Shown here piece after piece: positions 1 through 13,028 of a stretch of 64,000 nucleotides of DNA. The stretch spans positions 78,368,001 through 78,432,000 of the forward strand of contig OX597814.1 in the NCBI GenBank assembly GCA_951406725.2. The letters run 5' to 3'. Origin of the DNA: Octopus vulgaris (lineage: Eukaryota). The position numbers and the translations under genes are program-made. The stretch's first letter is position 1; every line of letters starts with the position of its first letter. Below the pieces are notes generated by a model. It did no database searches. It was not told where the DNA came from and was given only the letters and a program-made list of their open reading frames with translations.

Positions 1-830
1 TCAAACTATGCGTCAGATAGCAGCAAGGTTTGATGTTTTGATTCCAACTGTATTGGACCATCTGAAACAAATCGGCATGGTAAAGAAGCTGGACGAGTGG
101 GTATCACATGAATTGAATGAGTATCAAATGACACATCATCTTGAAATTTGTTCTTTGCTGTCACGGCTTAAAAGTGAACTATTTTTGCATCATATTGTTA
201 TGTGATGGAAAATGGATTCTTTCCAACAATAGCAAGTGAACTACATAGTGGTTGGATGGAGACAAAGCGCCAAAACACAATCCCCAAAAAATATTCACCA
301 AAAAAAGCTAATGGTGTCTGTTTGGTGATCCAGCACTGGTGTCATCCACTACAATTTCATGGGACTTGGTAAGTCAATTACAGTGGATGCATACCACAAC
401 CAATTGGATGAAATCATGAGTGAACTTGTAATTAAACAACTGAGATTGGTCAATAGAGACAGGCCAATTTTCTTGCAAGACAATGCTTGACCACACATTG
501 CACAAAGAACACTGCTCAACTTGTAGGAACTGAACTTGGAAATACTGTCATTTACCATATTCACCAGACCATGCATCAGCTGACAATCATGTTTTCCAGG
601 CATCAGACAACTTTTTGCAAGAAAAAAAACCTTCAAATCTGAAGATACAAAAACAGCCTTTTATGATTTCATCACCTCTAGTGCTCCAGAATTCTTTGCT
701 GCCAGTATAAATAAGCTACTGATAAAATAACAAAATTGTGTTTTCAGGTGCATACTTTGATTAACTGCATTGCTTTTTGTTGAGATAAACTTTCAGTTCA
801 AAATTGGACATTTCATTCTTAGTGATCTGA
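1..830 (+). mobile_element. decayed mariner transposon (5' end outside window)
   Basis: Broken transposase motifs WVSHEL, LQDNA*PH and a degenerate PYSPD; multiple stops and frameshifts. Confidence 0.8.
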
Positions 831-939
831 TATAAGAAATAAGATATCAAATATCAAATGCAAACAAATATATTATAATTATTATTATTATAAATAACTG
901 AAAAATTAATAGCATGACTTAGACAGGTATAATAGTTTT

Positions 940-1191
940 CTGTGGCATGTAAAAAACACCACTTGAGCATGGCTGTTGCCAGTAACGCCTGACTGGCCCT
1001 CGTACTGGTGGGATGTAAAAGCACCCACTACACTCTCAGAGTAGTTGGCATTAGGAAAGGCATCCAACTGTAGAAACTCTGCCAGATCAGATTGGAGCCA
1101 GGTGCAGCCATCTGATTCACCAGTTCTCAATCAAATTGTGCAACCCATGCTAGCATGGAAAGTGGACGTTAAACGATGATGATGATGATGT
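940..1191 (+). mobile_element. short RTE-tail element with (GAT)n tail
   Basis: Matches the 3' UTR of the RTE fragment at 30870-31068 (aaaagcacccac...ggcatcc...gtagaaactctgccaga...ggacgttaaacgatgatgat). Confidence 0.7.
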
Positions 1192-1223
1192 TAGTCTGCA
1201 ACGAAAACTATATGATACCAGTA

Positions 1224-1457
1224 CAGAGTGGCGAGCTGGCAGAAACGTTAGCATGTCGGGCGAAATGCGTAGCTGTATTTCGTCTGCCGTTACGTTCTGA
1301 GTTCAAATTCCGCCAAGGTCGACTTTGCCTTTCATCCTTTCGGGGTCGATAAATTAAGTACCAGTTACGCACTGGGGTCAATGTAATCGACTTAATCCGT
1401 TTGTCTGTCCTTGTTTGTCCCCTCTGTGTTTAGTCCCTTGTGGGTAGTAAAGAAATA
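1224..1457 (+). mobile_element. tRNA-derived SINE with 15-bp TSD
   Basis: B-box gagttcaaattc; conserved core gcctttcatcctttcggggtcgataaattaagtaccag; TSD tatatgataccagta at 1209-1223 and 1458-1472. Confidence 0.9.
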
Positions 1458-4400
1458 TATATGATACCAGTATAGGTTTCATTTTGGTTGAAGTGTTATT
1501 GCTTACTTTTTAATGAAGGAAGTTTTATTTTGTTTAAAGTTTTCAGCAATTGAATTAATACAAATCATACATATTTATTCATATAAATGGTAAGGAAAGT
1601 TTTTTATGTGTATTAAAGAAAAATGGTAAAAGAATTTTCTTTTGCATTTAGATAGTCATTTTTATTGATTAGCAATTTTCAAGAGTATATTACAACACTG
1701 TAAACAGCTGCATAACAACCTCACCAATAAAGGTGCCCCTATGGTATCACTCAATCTGCTAGAGATAGCAGTTGAATATTAATCAAATCACACCCTATTG
1801 TCTTAAAAAAAAAAGAATAATGTAGTCTAGGGTGCACAATGACTAGAAAAAATATGGGATCATCATGGCTGGAATACTTTTGAAATTAAGTCTAAAACTT
1901 CTCAGCCATTAACATTTACAAATCAACAACTACAATATGGATTGCAATGGATAATGTCTGAACAGATTAATGGCAAGAAAAAAAAATCCTAATTTGACAA
2001 ATGATTTTTCAAACAAGTTTCAAAATGCAACCTTATCCAAAATATCATTTATTGGAGAAGATTTCTCTCAAAAGTTCTTACCACTTTTTGAACTCCTTTA
2101 TGGTGAAACTTATTGACCCTACATTTCTACTGCTATTTTTACCTTTTTTTTTTTAGAGAAACTATCATCTTAATTGTGACCAATGAGCAAAAAAAAAAAA
2201 CCATGAGCATTTCCAATTGTGATTGAAACCAAAAGTTTTAGAACTCAAATCCTTTTCATACACATGCAGTTTTTGAAAACAATTATTTACAGCATTTATA
2301 TAATTTTTATTTGCGAAATGGTGAGTTACTGGTGTCCTTTACAATCAAACAAACAAAACAAAATAACTACAAGGTAAAAACAACTACAAAATCTTAAAAT
2401 AGGTAAGTTACACAGTAACAAAGAGTTAACAGATGCCAATATTATTTTTGTACCACCCAAATTTTATTTTTTAAATCTATTACTAAAAGGATCTCAAATG
2501 TTAGGGGATACCCAGAGGAAACAAGTCCGTTGTCTTGGTTTAGACTAAATATATTAGAGGAGCTTATCTTATAAAACTATAAATAAATATATGTGTGCAC
2601 ACATCTGCATATGTGAATACAGAGCCCACTTTGTAACTAGTTGGCCTTGAGTTCAGTCTTACTACATTGTACTTTGTACAAGTGTCTTGGACCTACCAAT
2701 GTCTGCAAACTGAATTAGTAAACAGAAACTGTATAGGAGCTCATTGCATACTGAAATAAGTACTGGGGTTAATATGATCAACTAAATCCTTGAAGGCTGT
2801 GCTTCAACATACCCACAGTTGGAACCAGTGAAAATGTTTTAGAATTTTATATATAAATATGCACACATATACACAAGCATATATAAAATAATCAAATTTA
2901 GGTGACAAGAGAGATCAAAATATTTATTCCATATGTTTACAGTTGTATCAAAATCTGTATCCAGCTATATCATGGATGCTAAAGCACCTTACACACATAA
3001 GTATACATATAGATGTACACACAGAATTGTATTGTAATATAATGAATGAAACTGTGCTTCAGAACATTTTACCAGTAATATTTGGCTCTCTCGACAGCTG
3101 AACACATTGTGGAGAGCTTACCATGAGTACAGTTTCATTCATTGAATCCCTATTTCCAGTTTATATATATATATGTATGTATATGTGTGTGTGTGTGTAT
3201 GTATATATATATAAAGTTAATCCAAACATGAAAATAAATATATACACACATACATGTGAGTGTGGTAGTGGTGGTGATGGTGGTGGCAGATTTCCATTGT
3301 TCAGTCATTTGATTAATTGAATAGCCTGCTCCAGAATTAACATTGAAGTGGTTGAATATTCCACAGGCATAATGTAACACTCAGAAAGAACAGTGTGATA
3401 CAGTACATGCAATGAGGCTACAATCCATTTGAGTGGCTTCTGTACAGTTTCTATCTACCCAGTTTTCACTCACAAGGTAAGGATTGACCTTTCCCAAGAT
3501 GCCATACACTGGGATGAAACCTGGGACCTTATGGTTGTGAAGTGAATGTCTTAATTATTCAGCCATACTGCACTTATAAATAAATACCATATATACACAT
3601 ACATGTACTCTTCCCCTTCCTTAGGTCTCCTCCATCATTTCCATTCTCAACATTGTCTCCTCTACTGCTCATTTCCATCCAACACACTCAACAATGTAAA
3701 TGATTCCATTTCTTCCCATCATACAATAACTACTTTTCTCAACACCTCACTTAAAGTCATCACTCTCTTTCCTATCCTTCTTTCAATCATAGCAGCACTT
3801 TTATTTTGTGAGTAACAAGGCAATGTCACTTGCGCTACTGGCATGATTAAAGCAGTCACTAAATAAAACCTGTAAAGTTGTTAACTAATCAAGCAAGGGT
3901 TGAGAGAAGTCTTTAGTTATGCTGAGGGAAAGACAACCTCAGCAGTGCTGGTGTAACGTAAAAACGCACACCATAACCCAGAAGTGGTCTGTCTTAAGAA
4001 AAGCATTCAGCAGTAGAGACCAAACCAAAACTGAGAACTGGAGCATGGTCTTCTGATCCATTGAGGCCTGCTGAACATGGAAAGTGGACATAAAAAGCGA
4101 TGGTGATATACACACTACTTCACATGGCAACGTGACTATATATATATATATATATATAAATGCATACACTAGTCTATGACATTAAATCATGTATGTATGC
4201 ATGGGTGTATGATCATTTAACATCCGTTGTCCATGCTGGCAGGAGTTGGACTCCTTTATGCATATTTATTATTAGTAATGTTATGTCTAAGTTTTAAAAG
4301 AACTGTCATTAGGATAAATAAGAAACTATAGTTATGTTTGCATAAGCAACTAATAAATTCTATTATTCTATGCAACAAAATAGGACCTAGAATGAAAGAT

Positions 4401-4506
4401 TAATAACAAATATTACATAACTGTGTTTTTTATATGTTGAATGCTAACTGAAAACATTTTAATATTCACTTGCCAATTAGACTGGATCAAATGAAAAATG
4501 TCTAAC

Positions 4507-4617
4507 CTTACGAGCCAGCTCACTTTTGTGCTTCTCCCAAAGACCAGGTGCCAAAAACTGATTTACTAGATCTTCCAAACCTGGGTATGATTGCCACAGC
4601 TCTGCATTCATGAGGAA
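4507..4617 (-). CDS. SNX13: SNX13 exon (PX end), last exon found in window
   Basis: ttgtag|...|gttaga; 111 nt, phase 0->0; FLMNAELWQSYPGLEDLVNQFLAPGLWEKHKSELARK. Confidence 0.9.
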
Positions 4618-4952
4618 CTACAAAACAAAGCATAGCAAAGTTAGACACATTAAAAAAAAATTGATATAGCATCATATAGTTCTTTTGAACTTGCAGTTTA
4701 ATTCTGGGCCTCACAATCCAACATTATTCTACTTCTTTTTTATTGGCTTCCGACAGTAGCATTGTGTGTCCCTTTATCATAGATTTATATAAAACATCAC
4801 ATGTGATCTATACTTCCAGATTAGCATGTCTTAGGATGCTTCCTTTCTGGCCTTGCAGTTACACCTTCAATACTTCAAATGAAGTATTCACTATAATATT
4901 TTTGCATGTACATTCCAGCTTAGTTTAAACAGAATAAGATCATCTGTATTTT

Positions 4953-5170
4953 TAATCCTTTAGCATTTAAAACCAGCCATATTTAGCCCACATATTCTAC
5001 CTATTTTATATTCAAACTGGCCTCTCACACCTACCCAACAATGTCATTCTAAAAATACATAATCACATCATTGAAATCTTGATGCTATGAGATGATGCAT
5101 GATTAATTCAAAACAATGTGGATAAATAAGCTTCCCATTTAACAGAGTAATCCGAATGCTAAAGGGTTCA
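4953..5170. mobile_element. TTAA-bounded non-autonomous DNA element (MITE)
   Basis: Inverted ends ttaatcctttagcatt ... aatgctaaagggtt; related copies at about 7318-7585, 33793-34018 and 54960-55103. Confidence 0.6.
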
Positions 5171-5363
5171 AATTGTTTTTTGCATCCAACCATTACTTAT
5201 AGCATAGTTTTCATAGACTGGGATATTTTTGTTAATGTGAATTTTAAACTTGATCTCAAAAGTATGAAATTAAAACTTACATTTTTAATTTTAACATCAA
5301 AGACATGTATATTTTCACAATTAAAATCTATTACAAAACAAATAAGCAACATAATTAACTTAC

Positions 5364-5468
5364 CTGTAAATAAGCATTGAGACCTCTCCGCCGTTTTTCA
5401 AGAAATTCTTTGTTGATATTCTTAAAAGCAGTTTTACCTGGGAGCATTAATCCTGGTATTTGTATATA
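5364..5468 (-). CDS. SNX13: SNX13 exon (PX domain)
   Basis: ttatag|...|gtaagt; 105 nt, phase 0->0; YIQIPGLMLPGKTAFKNINKEFLEKRRRGLNAYLQ. Confidence 0.96.
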
Positions 5469-6097
5469 CTATAAGAAAATAAATAATGATATAATGTTGT
5501 AGTAGTAGTAGTAGTAGTAGTAAAATGTATATGTTTATTTTGGCAACTGGACAATTAGTGACAATAAGTAGACCTGAATATGGTAGATCTGACCACTTGT
5601 GAAAGCCTGACTTATTTTTCAGTCATCATTATAAAAAGATGGCTTTCTTCTTTTTATGTTAGAATATCTATTACGATTTCTCTGCAAACCTGCCAGTTGC
5701 ACTGGAGGTTTATTTTTCACACTGTTAACTACTGAACTGGCAAATAAAGGCTAGAAACCCATTCAGTTGATAGTTCATCTTCTAAATCACATGACTAACT
5801 GTGCAACTTAAATATTCTAATGTTGGTTCAGCAGTTAAATAAGGTCTATGTAGATTAGCTCTTAGTTCACTGGTATTGTCTAGCAGTATGATATATAAGC
5901 ATGCAAGTTTGAATGTAGATTAAATTCTACAACTACATTCTGGGATCTTCAGCATGGTGGTTGTTGGAAGGATAAGGTACATAGTCTTTCTTGTTGACTA
6001 GCTGAAGTAAAGCAGAAAGATGAGAGGTGAGAAGGAAACATTTTACTTCTCCATTCTGCAATATGCTTCAAGCTAGCTAATTCTTTAAACATTAGAT

Positions 6098-6332
6098 CAG
6101 TGGTTCTCAACCAGGGTCCATATAAGATTTTGCTGTTAAAATTTATCTACAACAAATTGCTTATACTTCTACAAAACACAAAATATTTTAATGTTTTATA
6201 CAATTCCTAACAATATTTAATTGTAAAAATATAGTAGGATCTTTTAAAATATACACTGAACAGCTATGGGGGTCCAGTAGAGTAAAATAGAAATCAAAGA
6301 GGTCCATAAGTATAAGATGTTGAGAACCACTG
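6098..6332. mobile_element. hAT-type MITE
   Basis: TIRs cagtggttctcaac / gttgagaaccactg; 8-bp TSD cattagat / ccttagat (7 of 8 match). Confidence 0.85.
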
Positions 6333-6379
6333 CCTTAGATAAAACAATGTACTTTAAGAAAAATTAAAACAAGACTAAC

Positions 6380-6525
6380 CTTCTCCGTAATGATCATATG
6401 TAAGTCATGGAAATCACTGTATCTGCGATAAACATCCCACATGTCTGTATCTGACTGAATTTTTTTAACTGTTATAGCATAAACAGCATAAGATTTGCCA
6501 CTTTTCTCAGATTCTTTTACAATAC
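6380..6525 (-). CDS. SNX13: SNX13 exon (PX domain)
   Basis: aactag|...|gttagt; 146 nt, phase 1->0; GIVKESEKSGKSYAVYAITVKKIQSDTDMWDVYRRYSDFHDLHMIITEK (PX motif RRYSDF). Confidence 0.96.
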
Positions 6526-7606
6526 CTAGTTAAAACAGAGGCATCAAATGAGACACACTAACAGAAAAAAAAGCAATAACAAATATGATAAACAAACATG
6601 GAACAACAAAATGTAGAGAGAAGAAGCTCCAATAGCCTTTTTACATTTTTAATTGTAGACAGCAGACAAAAAGAGTGACATTTCCTTTTATATATTGGCT
6701 TAGGAAAATATTCGAAGAAAGTCATGATCTTCCTAAAGATAACTCCAGCCATGAAGGAGAGCAGAATATGAAAAAGATCCAGTAAAATTGTTCCAGATTA
6801 TGCATAGTTGGATGCTCCTCCTTTCACCATTTTTATTCCATGTGTCTACAAATGGTGCAGGGCAACCAGTCATAACATCAACAAGGAATGCAAACATATC
6901 ATCATTTCACTCAAATTAATCCATTGACATTCAAACACACACACACACATATGATGGGCTTACAACAATTTCCAACTACCAGATTCACTGGCAAGGTATT
7001 GGTTGGCCAGAAGTTATAGCAGAAGACACTTGGCCAAAGTGCAACACAGTGAGACCGAACCTGAAACTACATCATTGCAAAATGAAACTTAACCATACAC
7101 CAGCCTTTCACAATCATCATTATTTTACCATGTTGGCTTTCCATACTTGCATAGGTTAGACATGTTGTCTGTGTCATTTCTTATTTGGCACTACTTATCC
7201 TGAAGGCTGCTGCTGGCATGCATTGTTTGGTTTGGTAACTATGGCAGAATGCTCCTTCTATCATCAGCCACTCTACAGAGTGTATGGGATTTATTTCTTC
7301 ATGACATTAGAGAGAATTAACTCTTTAGCATTCAGATTGCTCTATCAAATGAAAAGGGTAAAGACTCCCTTCTGTCATGAATGACTATGGGATTGCACCT
7401 AGACTGTTACCCTTCAAAGTACAAGTCTGGGCAAGGTTGTTTATGGAAGACCAGTAGTTGCCCATGCATACCACTGTTTTTAGAATGACACTGTAGAGTA
7501 GGTACAACAGGCCAGATCTGGTCAGTTTAAACATAAAACATAGAATATTTTGGCTAGATATGGCCAGTTTAAAGGCTAAAAGTTTAAAAGGGACCTCACA
7601 ACTTTA

Positions 7607-9020
7607 TATTGCATATAATTAGAAAACGATTTTTTAAAGCTATTACCTATTTAAAAAGAACATCTATTATTTAACAGAATATTATTAACCTTTGTAGAAG
7701 AAGTTTTCTATACAGTTTGTATATTATGTCAAATGTGTATTTTGTGTGTTAGCACTTTTGATTTTCAACTTTTCAGACATATGTGTTCTGGGATAATTAA
7801 TTTGTAACAGTCTTTTCTTTTATTTGTTTGAGTCATTAGACTGTATCCATGCTGGGTCACTACCTTGAACAATGTTTTATCAAATGAATTGAGCCCACTA
7901 CTTAATTTTTTGCTAAGCCTAGTACTTATTCTATCAGTCTCTTTTGATGAACTGCTATGTTACAAGGATATAACCACACCAATACCAGTTGTTAAGCAGA
8001 GGTGGGGCAACAAACATAGACACAAACACACACACATATTCTTTTATTCTTTTTTATTTTTTTCAGGCAATTGGGCTGCAGCCATGATGGAGCACCACCT
8101 TTAGTCAAACAAATCAACCCCAAGACTTATTCTTATTCCACTCACAGGGCTTTGGTCAGCCTGAGGTTATAATAGAAGACACTTACCCGAAGTGCCACAC
8201 AGTAAGACTGAACCTGGAACCATGTGGTTGGTAAGCAAGCTTCTTACCACACAGCCACTCTCGCGCCTATACACACACACGCACACACAGAGTTCCATCT
8301 ACCAAATTCACTCTCAAAGCCTTGGTCTACCCAAGGCTATAGTAGGAGACATTTGTTCAAGGTGTCACGCAGTGGGACTGAACCTAGAACTATGTGGTTA
8401 GGAAGCATGCTTCTTACCGCACAACCACACCTGCACCTATATGGTGTTAACTATTTCTGGTTTAGTTTCAGATTTAGTATTCTTGTAAAGTAATCTTTTT
8501 ATGCTTTCCATAGTTGATCATTTATGTCTTATTTTGTAAAAAGGGAATATAAAAAATTATTGACTATTTAGAACTTTAAAATATTCCTCTTTTACAAAAT
8601 GCTCAAAAGGTGAAGGAAGAATACTTTAGAAGAATTCTAAATTCAAAACTAAACTGGAAATATTCAACATTTACAATAGTCAACAATTTAAAATATTCCC
8701 CTTTTACAAATTACAATATGAAACTGATCAACTACGAAAAACAAAAGAAGAACACTTTGTAAAATTTCTAAATCTGAAATATAACTACAAATAGTTAGCA
8801 CCGTTACAAAAAGGGGGAAAAAAAGCTTCCTCTTTATGCATTAGTCCAGAACATGTGTGTCTGAAGTTGAAAAATGAAAGCGCTTACACACAAAATACAC
8901 ATGAGACATTATATACAAATTTCTTCCACAAAAGTTAGTGACATTCTGTTAAATAAAAGAAGTTCTTTTTATATAGTTAATAACTTTTAAAAAAATCTTT
9001 TTCTAATTATCATAATTGTA
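7607..9020. repeat. degenerate fold-back (inverted-repeat) element interrupted by SINEs
   Basis: 7607-7808 is the inverse complement of about 8795-9020; 8442-8570 is the inverse complement of about 8670-8805. Confidence 0.7.
7815..8440 (-). mobile_element. tandem SINE copies
   Basis: Repeated ...ccatgtggttggtaagcaagcttcttaccacacagcc heads with (CA)n middles; same family as 43325-43700, 51060-51510 and 52240-52650. Confidence 0.8.
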
Positions 9021-9208
9021 TCAAGTAATTTTTATAAAAGCTTCTAAATATACATAAAATCTTATGTACTTTGTATATAAATTTATATTAGACTACACAC
9101 TAGCACAAAGGTGTACAGAGTACTTCTATAATTTTGCGCAATATATATATATACACACACACACAGAGTTAAAAATGCTTTTTGCCAAATGAAATGTAGT
9201 AAACTCAC

Positions 9209-9308
9209 CTGTTTGGCTAACCTGTGCAGATAAAACAACATTTTGTGAGTTAGATACACTTGCCTCACTATACCCATCAAACATGGAATCACCAAGAGAA
9301 TCATCAGG
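9209..9308 (-). CDS. SNX13: SNX13 exon (linker/PX start)
   Basis: tgacag|...|gtgagt; 100 nt, phase 0->1; PDDSLGDSMFDGYSEASVSNSQNVVLSAQVSQT. Confidence 0.85.
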
Positions 9309-9934
9309 CTGTCAGTGGGGAATAAAAAGAACCATACATCTTTCACAAAGATTCAAAATAAGATTAAGGAAGAAAATATCAACTTATAATACACAAAAAA
9401 TATCAAATCTTAGAAATTATGAGAATATTTGTTAAAAATCATTAAAATCATCATCATCACCATCTATATTAGCTGAATTAATCCAGAATTTAACCTACTA
9501 TTTCTTGCCATTTGTCAGGGTTTCCATTGCATCTATTTTACTCTAATTCAAACTTCTTAAGAGTACAGACTGACCTGAAGTGATAAGATGCATACAATTT
9601 CCATCCTTGCTCACCAAACAACCTATCTCTCCACCCCCCTCAATAATAATACAGTGTTTACCTTCATATGAAGCAACAGATTTATTATCAAAGGTGTTCT
9701 AGACATGACCATCCTGTCATTTTTTGAATATCAGGAACTACATTGTTTAATAAGCCTTTCCAATTTTTAAAAAAAAAGAGAGTAGAGAGGGTCAATGTTA
9801 TAGGGATTTTGTTGCTATTTCTAGAAGATCAAATGACTACATTGATAAAATCTTATTGGCTCAACTCAGAAATATAAAATTTCTGGTGTAACTGTATACA
9901 AAAAAAAAAAAAATACCTATGACAAACCAAAGTA

Positions 9935-10089
9935 CAGGGTGGCTCAAAAGTCATGAAAGTGTTGATAATTCTTTTATGTTCTGCATAATATTAGGTGTGA
10001 AAAATCACATCTTGTAAATTACAAATAAAAAAGTAATTAAGACAAAATATTACAATTTCAGACCCCTTTGCAACTTTTAGACCACCCTA
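9935..10089. mobile_element. Tc1/mariner-type MITE
   Basis: ta|cagggtggctcaaaagt ... acttttagaccaccct inverted ends. Confidence 0.6.
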
Positions 10090-10139
10090 CATTTGTTTAT
10101 CTCTCACACTTAAAGCTGCAAAAACTAAATATAAATTAC

Positions 10140-10154
10140 CTGCCTGGCAGACCA
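10140..10154 (-). CDS. SNX13: candidate microexon (15 nt)
   Basis: ttgtttgttttgcttatcacag|TGGTCTGCCAGGCAG|gtaatt; phase 0->0; WSARQ; GC-rich island in AT-rich DNA. Confidence 0.55.
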
Positions 10155-10217
10155 CTGTGATAAGCAAAACAAACAATATAATAGATAAATAAAAATCCAA
10201 ATCAATTTGAAAGTTCA

Positions 10218-10765
10218 ATTAAATCCTCCTAAGAGTTAATTCGTAAACCTAATCAAATTTTGCAAAAGAATTAGTTTGCAAGCCAAATTAAATCCCCCAC
10301 AAGAGTTAGCTTGCAGGTCTAATTAGTTCACCCCAAGAGTCCAAACCAAAAACTGAATCAATAAAAATCTGATGGCCCAAAATAAAGGAGTTAACTCTCA
10401 ACTAAGAGTTGAAATGCCAAGAGATTACTAAAATTCTGACAGTTATGGTGTGGTGTGGTATTATAGGACCATTATTCTATCTTTGGCTGGCCTCATTTAC
10501 TAGACTAATTGGACATGATTGTAATTTGAAGTGATAGCTGACTATACAAAAGATAGATTAAACAAATAAATAAAATGTAAGAATGTCATCTAAATTTCAG
10601 TGATTAATTTAGTTATGACATCCCATAATGAAGTATGCTACGTGAAAATTAACCAGGTACATCCCATCACTATTTTGACTATTGGTAATGGCCCAAAATT
10701 AATGAGTTTATTCTCAACTAAGTGTTGAAATGCCAGGAGTTTACTAAAATTCTATAACTGTATGA
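10218..10765. repeat. about 35-bp degenerate tandem repeat (4 units) plus about 75-bp direct repeat
   Basis: aattaaatcc...aagagttag.ttgca units at 10218-10345; tggcccaaaat...tctcaactaag.gttgaaatgcca...ttactaaaattct at about 10370-10445 and 10687-10762. Confidence 0.65.
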
Positions 10766-13004
10766 TAGAATTTTAGTATTATTATTGATAATTATTTTCT
10801 TATTAAAAACAATTTTCATTAAAATGTTAATATTTTTCCTTTAGATTTAACACCAATTTTTAGAAGAAATAATTTTTTTCCTTTCTATTTTATTGCTGTC
10901 TTGTTTTTTTTCTTCTTCATTACAAATAACATTTATAATTACTCATTCAACTTAAATTGTTTTCCTAACATTCAAATAATGATTTATTAAGTAATACAGT
11001 TCCTTGCTCTTAGATGCAATGCATAGCTCACTCATGGCAGAGAGCCAGGAGATGATAGGATCTTTCAGGCATACAAGTAATTCCATATTATGAATCAAAT
11101 CTTAGCTACTTGGGTCTGGCTGCCCTGATGAATCTGCTAGATGGCATTGGCAAATGCTCATAAGTATAATATTATGTCACTTGACTCAGTCCCCAAAATA
11201 TATGCAACCACTATTTAGATAGACCACTAGATTCCATAATAACTCCAGCATATTTTGCTTATCTGAAGACATCATGAAAGAAAATAAATAATGTTGGATA
11301 GATTCCAATGAAAGAATTTGGAGTTAAAAATTACTAAATGAAAAAAGTTAATTTACTATCTTAATTGTTTCTTTCTTTTTTTTTATGTAAAAATTCTTTC
11401 ATTGGAATTTCAAACCAATGAAGGTGCCTTTATGTGGTTTGCTTGATTTGCTAGATATAGCAGCCAAATCTCCCTCAAATCACACACTACTGTCTTAAAA
11501 ATACAAAGGCACACAGGATAATGTAATCCAAGATACATTAATCCTGGAAACAATATAAGATGAGACAACTGGAATACCTTTGATTATAGGCCTGCTCAAT
11601 CAGGGATGGCCTAGCACTAAGGAAGTACTAGTACAGAATATTCTAAATTGTTTAAGGAATCTAAAAATTATAGAAGAGAGAAAATGTGAAGTTGTGATAT
11701 TATGATGCAGGAATATTTATGAAATAAATGAAATATGCTTAAATGCAAATAAAAACTAGGTTTTAATTTCTATAAGATTCACTGCACTCTGAGCTAGTCA
11801 CAAATTATGATTAGACTTAAATGGCTGCCAACTTAGGTATTCCTAAATGGTCACTCAACCTATTAGAAATAGTAACCAAATTTATTGATATAAACAATGT
11901 GACATCTTAAAAAATGAAGGACAAGTTTGGAAAAAGTGGTGGTACAGCCATCACTGGAATGTCTTTGACTACAGATCTGTTTAATCTGGGACGACTTGGA
12001 GCTAAACTACAACAACAAATATAAGGGTATATATACACTTGCAGAACATTGATTTTATTTTTCCTGATAATGACCTTGTTTACAAATTAATAAACTGTAT
12101 CAAATCAACAAGTCTAAAGTCCATTAGTGTTGTATCCCTATGCAAAGTACACAGCCCTGCTTATTTCTGTTTGTTTGGATGACAAAATATAAGTCCCACT
12201 CTGGCTTCATGGTTGAGAATGGGGAAAGATATTTAGCTGTAAAGATAACAGCTCCGACAATAATCTATCTACACCACTATTTGAACAAGAAAAAAATCGA
12301 GTAGTGTATGTGTGTGTGTGCATGCACTTGTGTGCTTGTATTCCCAGGCACACACACTTCTTAAAAATTAACTCCCTGCAATAAAAAATATATTTAACTA
12401 AATCCATGTGCTTTGCTTAAGCTCATACTTGAGAATGTTAAGGACTACCAAAATTAATGTCCAGGTCAAGATTGAATCCTAACAGAATAGGTACTATAAA
12501 CAAAACTTAACCACATACATCCATAAACTATTTTGTCAGAACTGACTGCTAGACTTGTTAGCAGCCAAATCTCTCTCAAATTATACCCTACTGCATGGTT
12601 CCCAATCTTTTCACCGCCAAGTACTCTTTTTATATAAATGAATTTTCCAAAGGACTTTAGAAAGATCCAACAACTATAGAATTGTGCACATGGGCCACAG
12701 TACTAACTTTGCAGGTACATAAAGTTAGGATTTGTTGCCCTACCATTTAAAAAAGGAAAAAGGAAGGATACATTTCACATTTAGACAATGGGACCCTTGA
12801 TACTGCTATAATGATGAAAAAGTCTGATCATAAGGTCTTTTCAATCAGGGTAGACCTGGCATTAAACAGCAACAATTATTATATTTGTGCTCATTTATGA
12901 ATTTACATTCCTAATTTCAAGACTCCAGAAGGCTCTGCATGTGTTGAGTGTTTCAGTTCATTGGCATTACAAACTCACTTGAGAATTGTATAAACATAAC
13001 ACAC

Positions 13005-13028
13005 TTCTTCATCCAATAAATCTGAGAA
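13005..13028 (-). CDS. SNX13: candidate microexon (24 nt)
   Basis: ttattttgtacatag|TTCTCAGATTTATTGGATGAAGAA|gtgtgt; phase 0->0; FSDLLDEE. Confidence 0.5.

Noticed and set aside
1224-1330. tRNA-like A/B boxes (many copies)
   Set aside because: These are SINE heads followed by a shared core and TSD; no cloverleaf, so not tRNA genes.
3041-3150. Candidate next SNX13 exon (gtaagc donor near 3121) and a 15-bp inverted repeat
   Set aside because: Poor acceptor and no similarity to the expected post-PX sequence; the short hairpin is unremarkable. The next exon is probably outside the window.
10218-10345. CRISPR-like periodicity of about 35 bp
   Set aside because: Units are degenerate and adjacent, with no unique spacers; eukaryotic intron with no cas genes.
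11150-11262. Strong-looking minus-strand acceptor (ttctttcatgatgtcttcag)
   Set aside because: The required phase-0 frame hits a stop before any good donor.
12979-13028. 50-nt version of the 13028 exon using a gtgagt donor
   Set aside because: It ends in phase 2 and shifts the PX exons out of frame; the 24-nt form fits. It could exist only as an NMD isoform.
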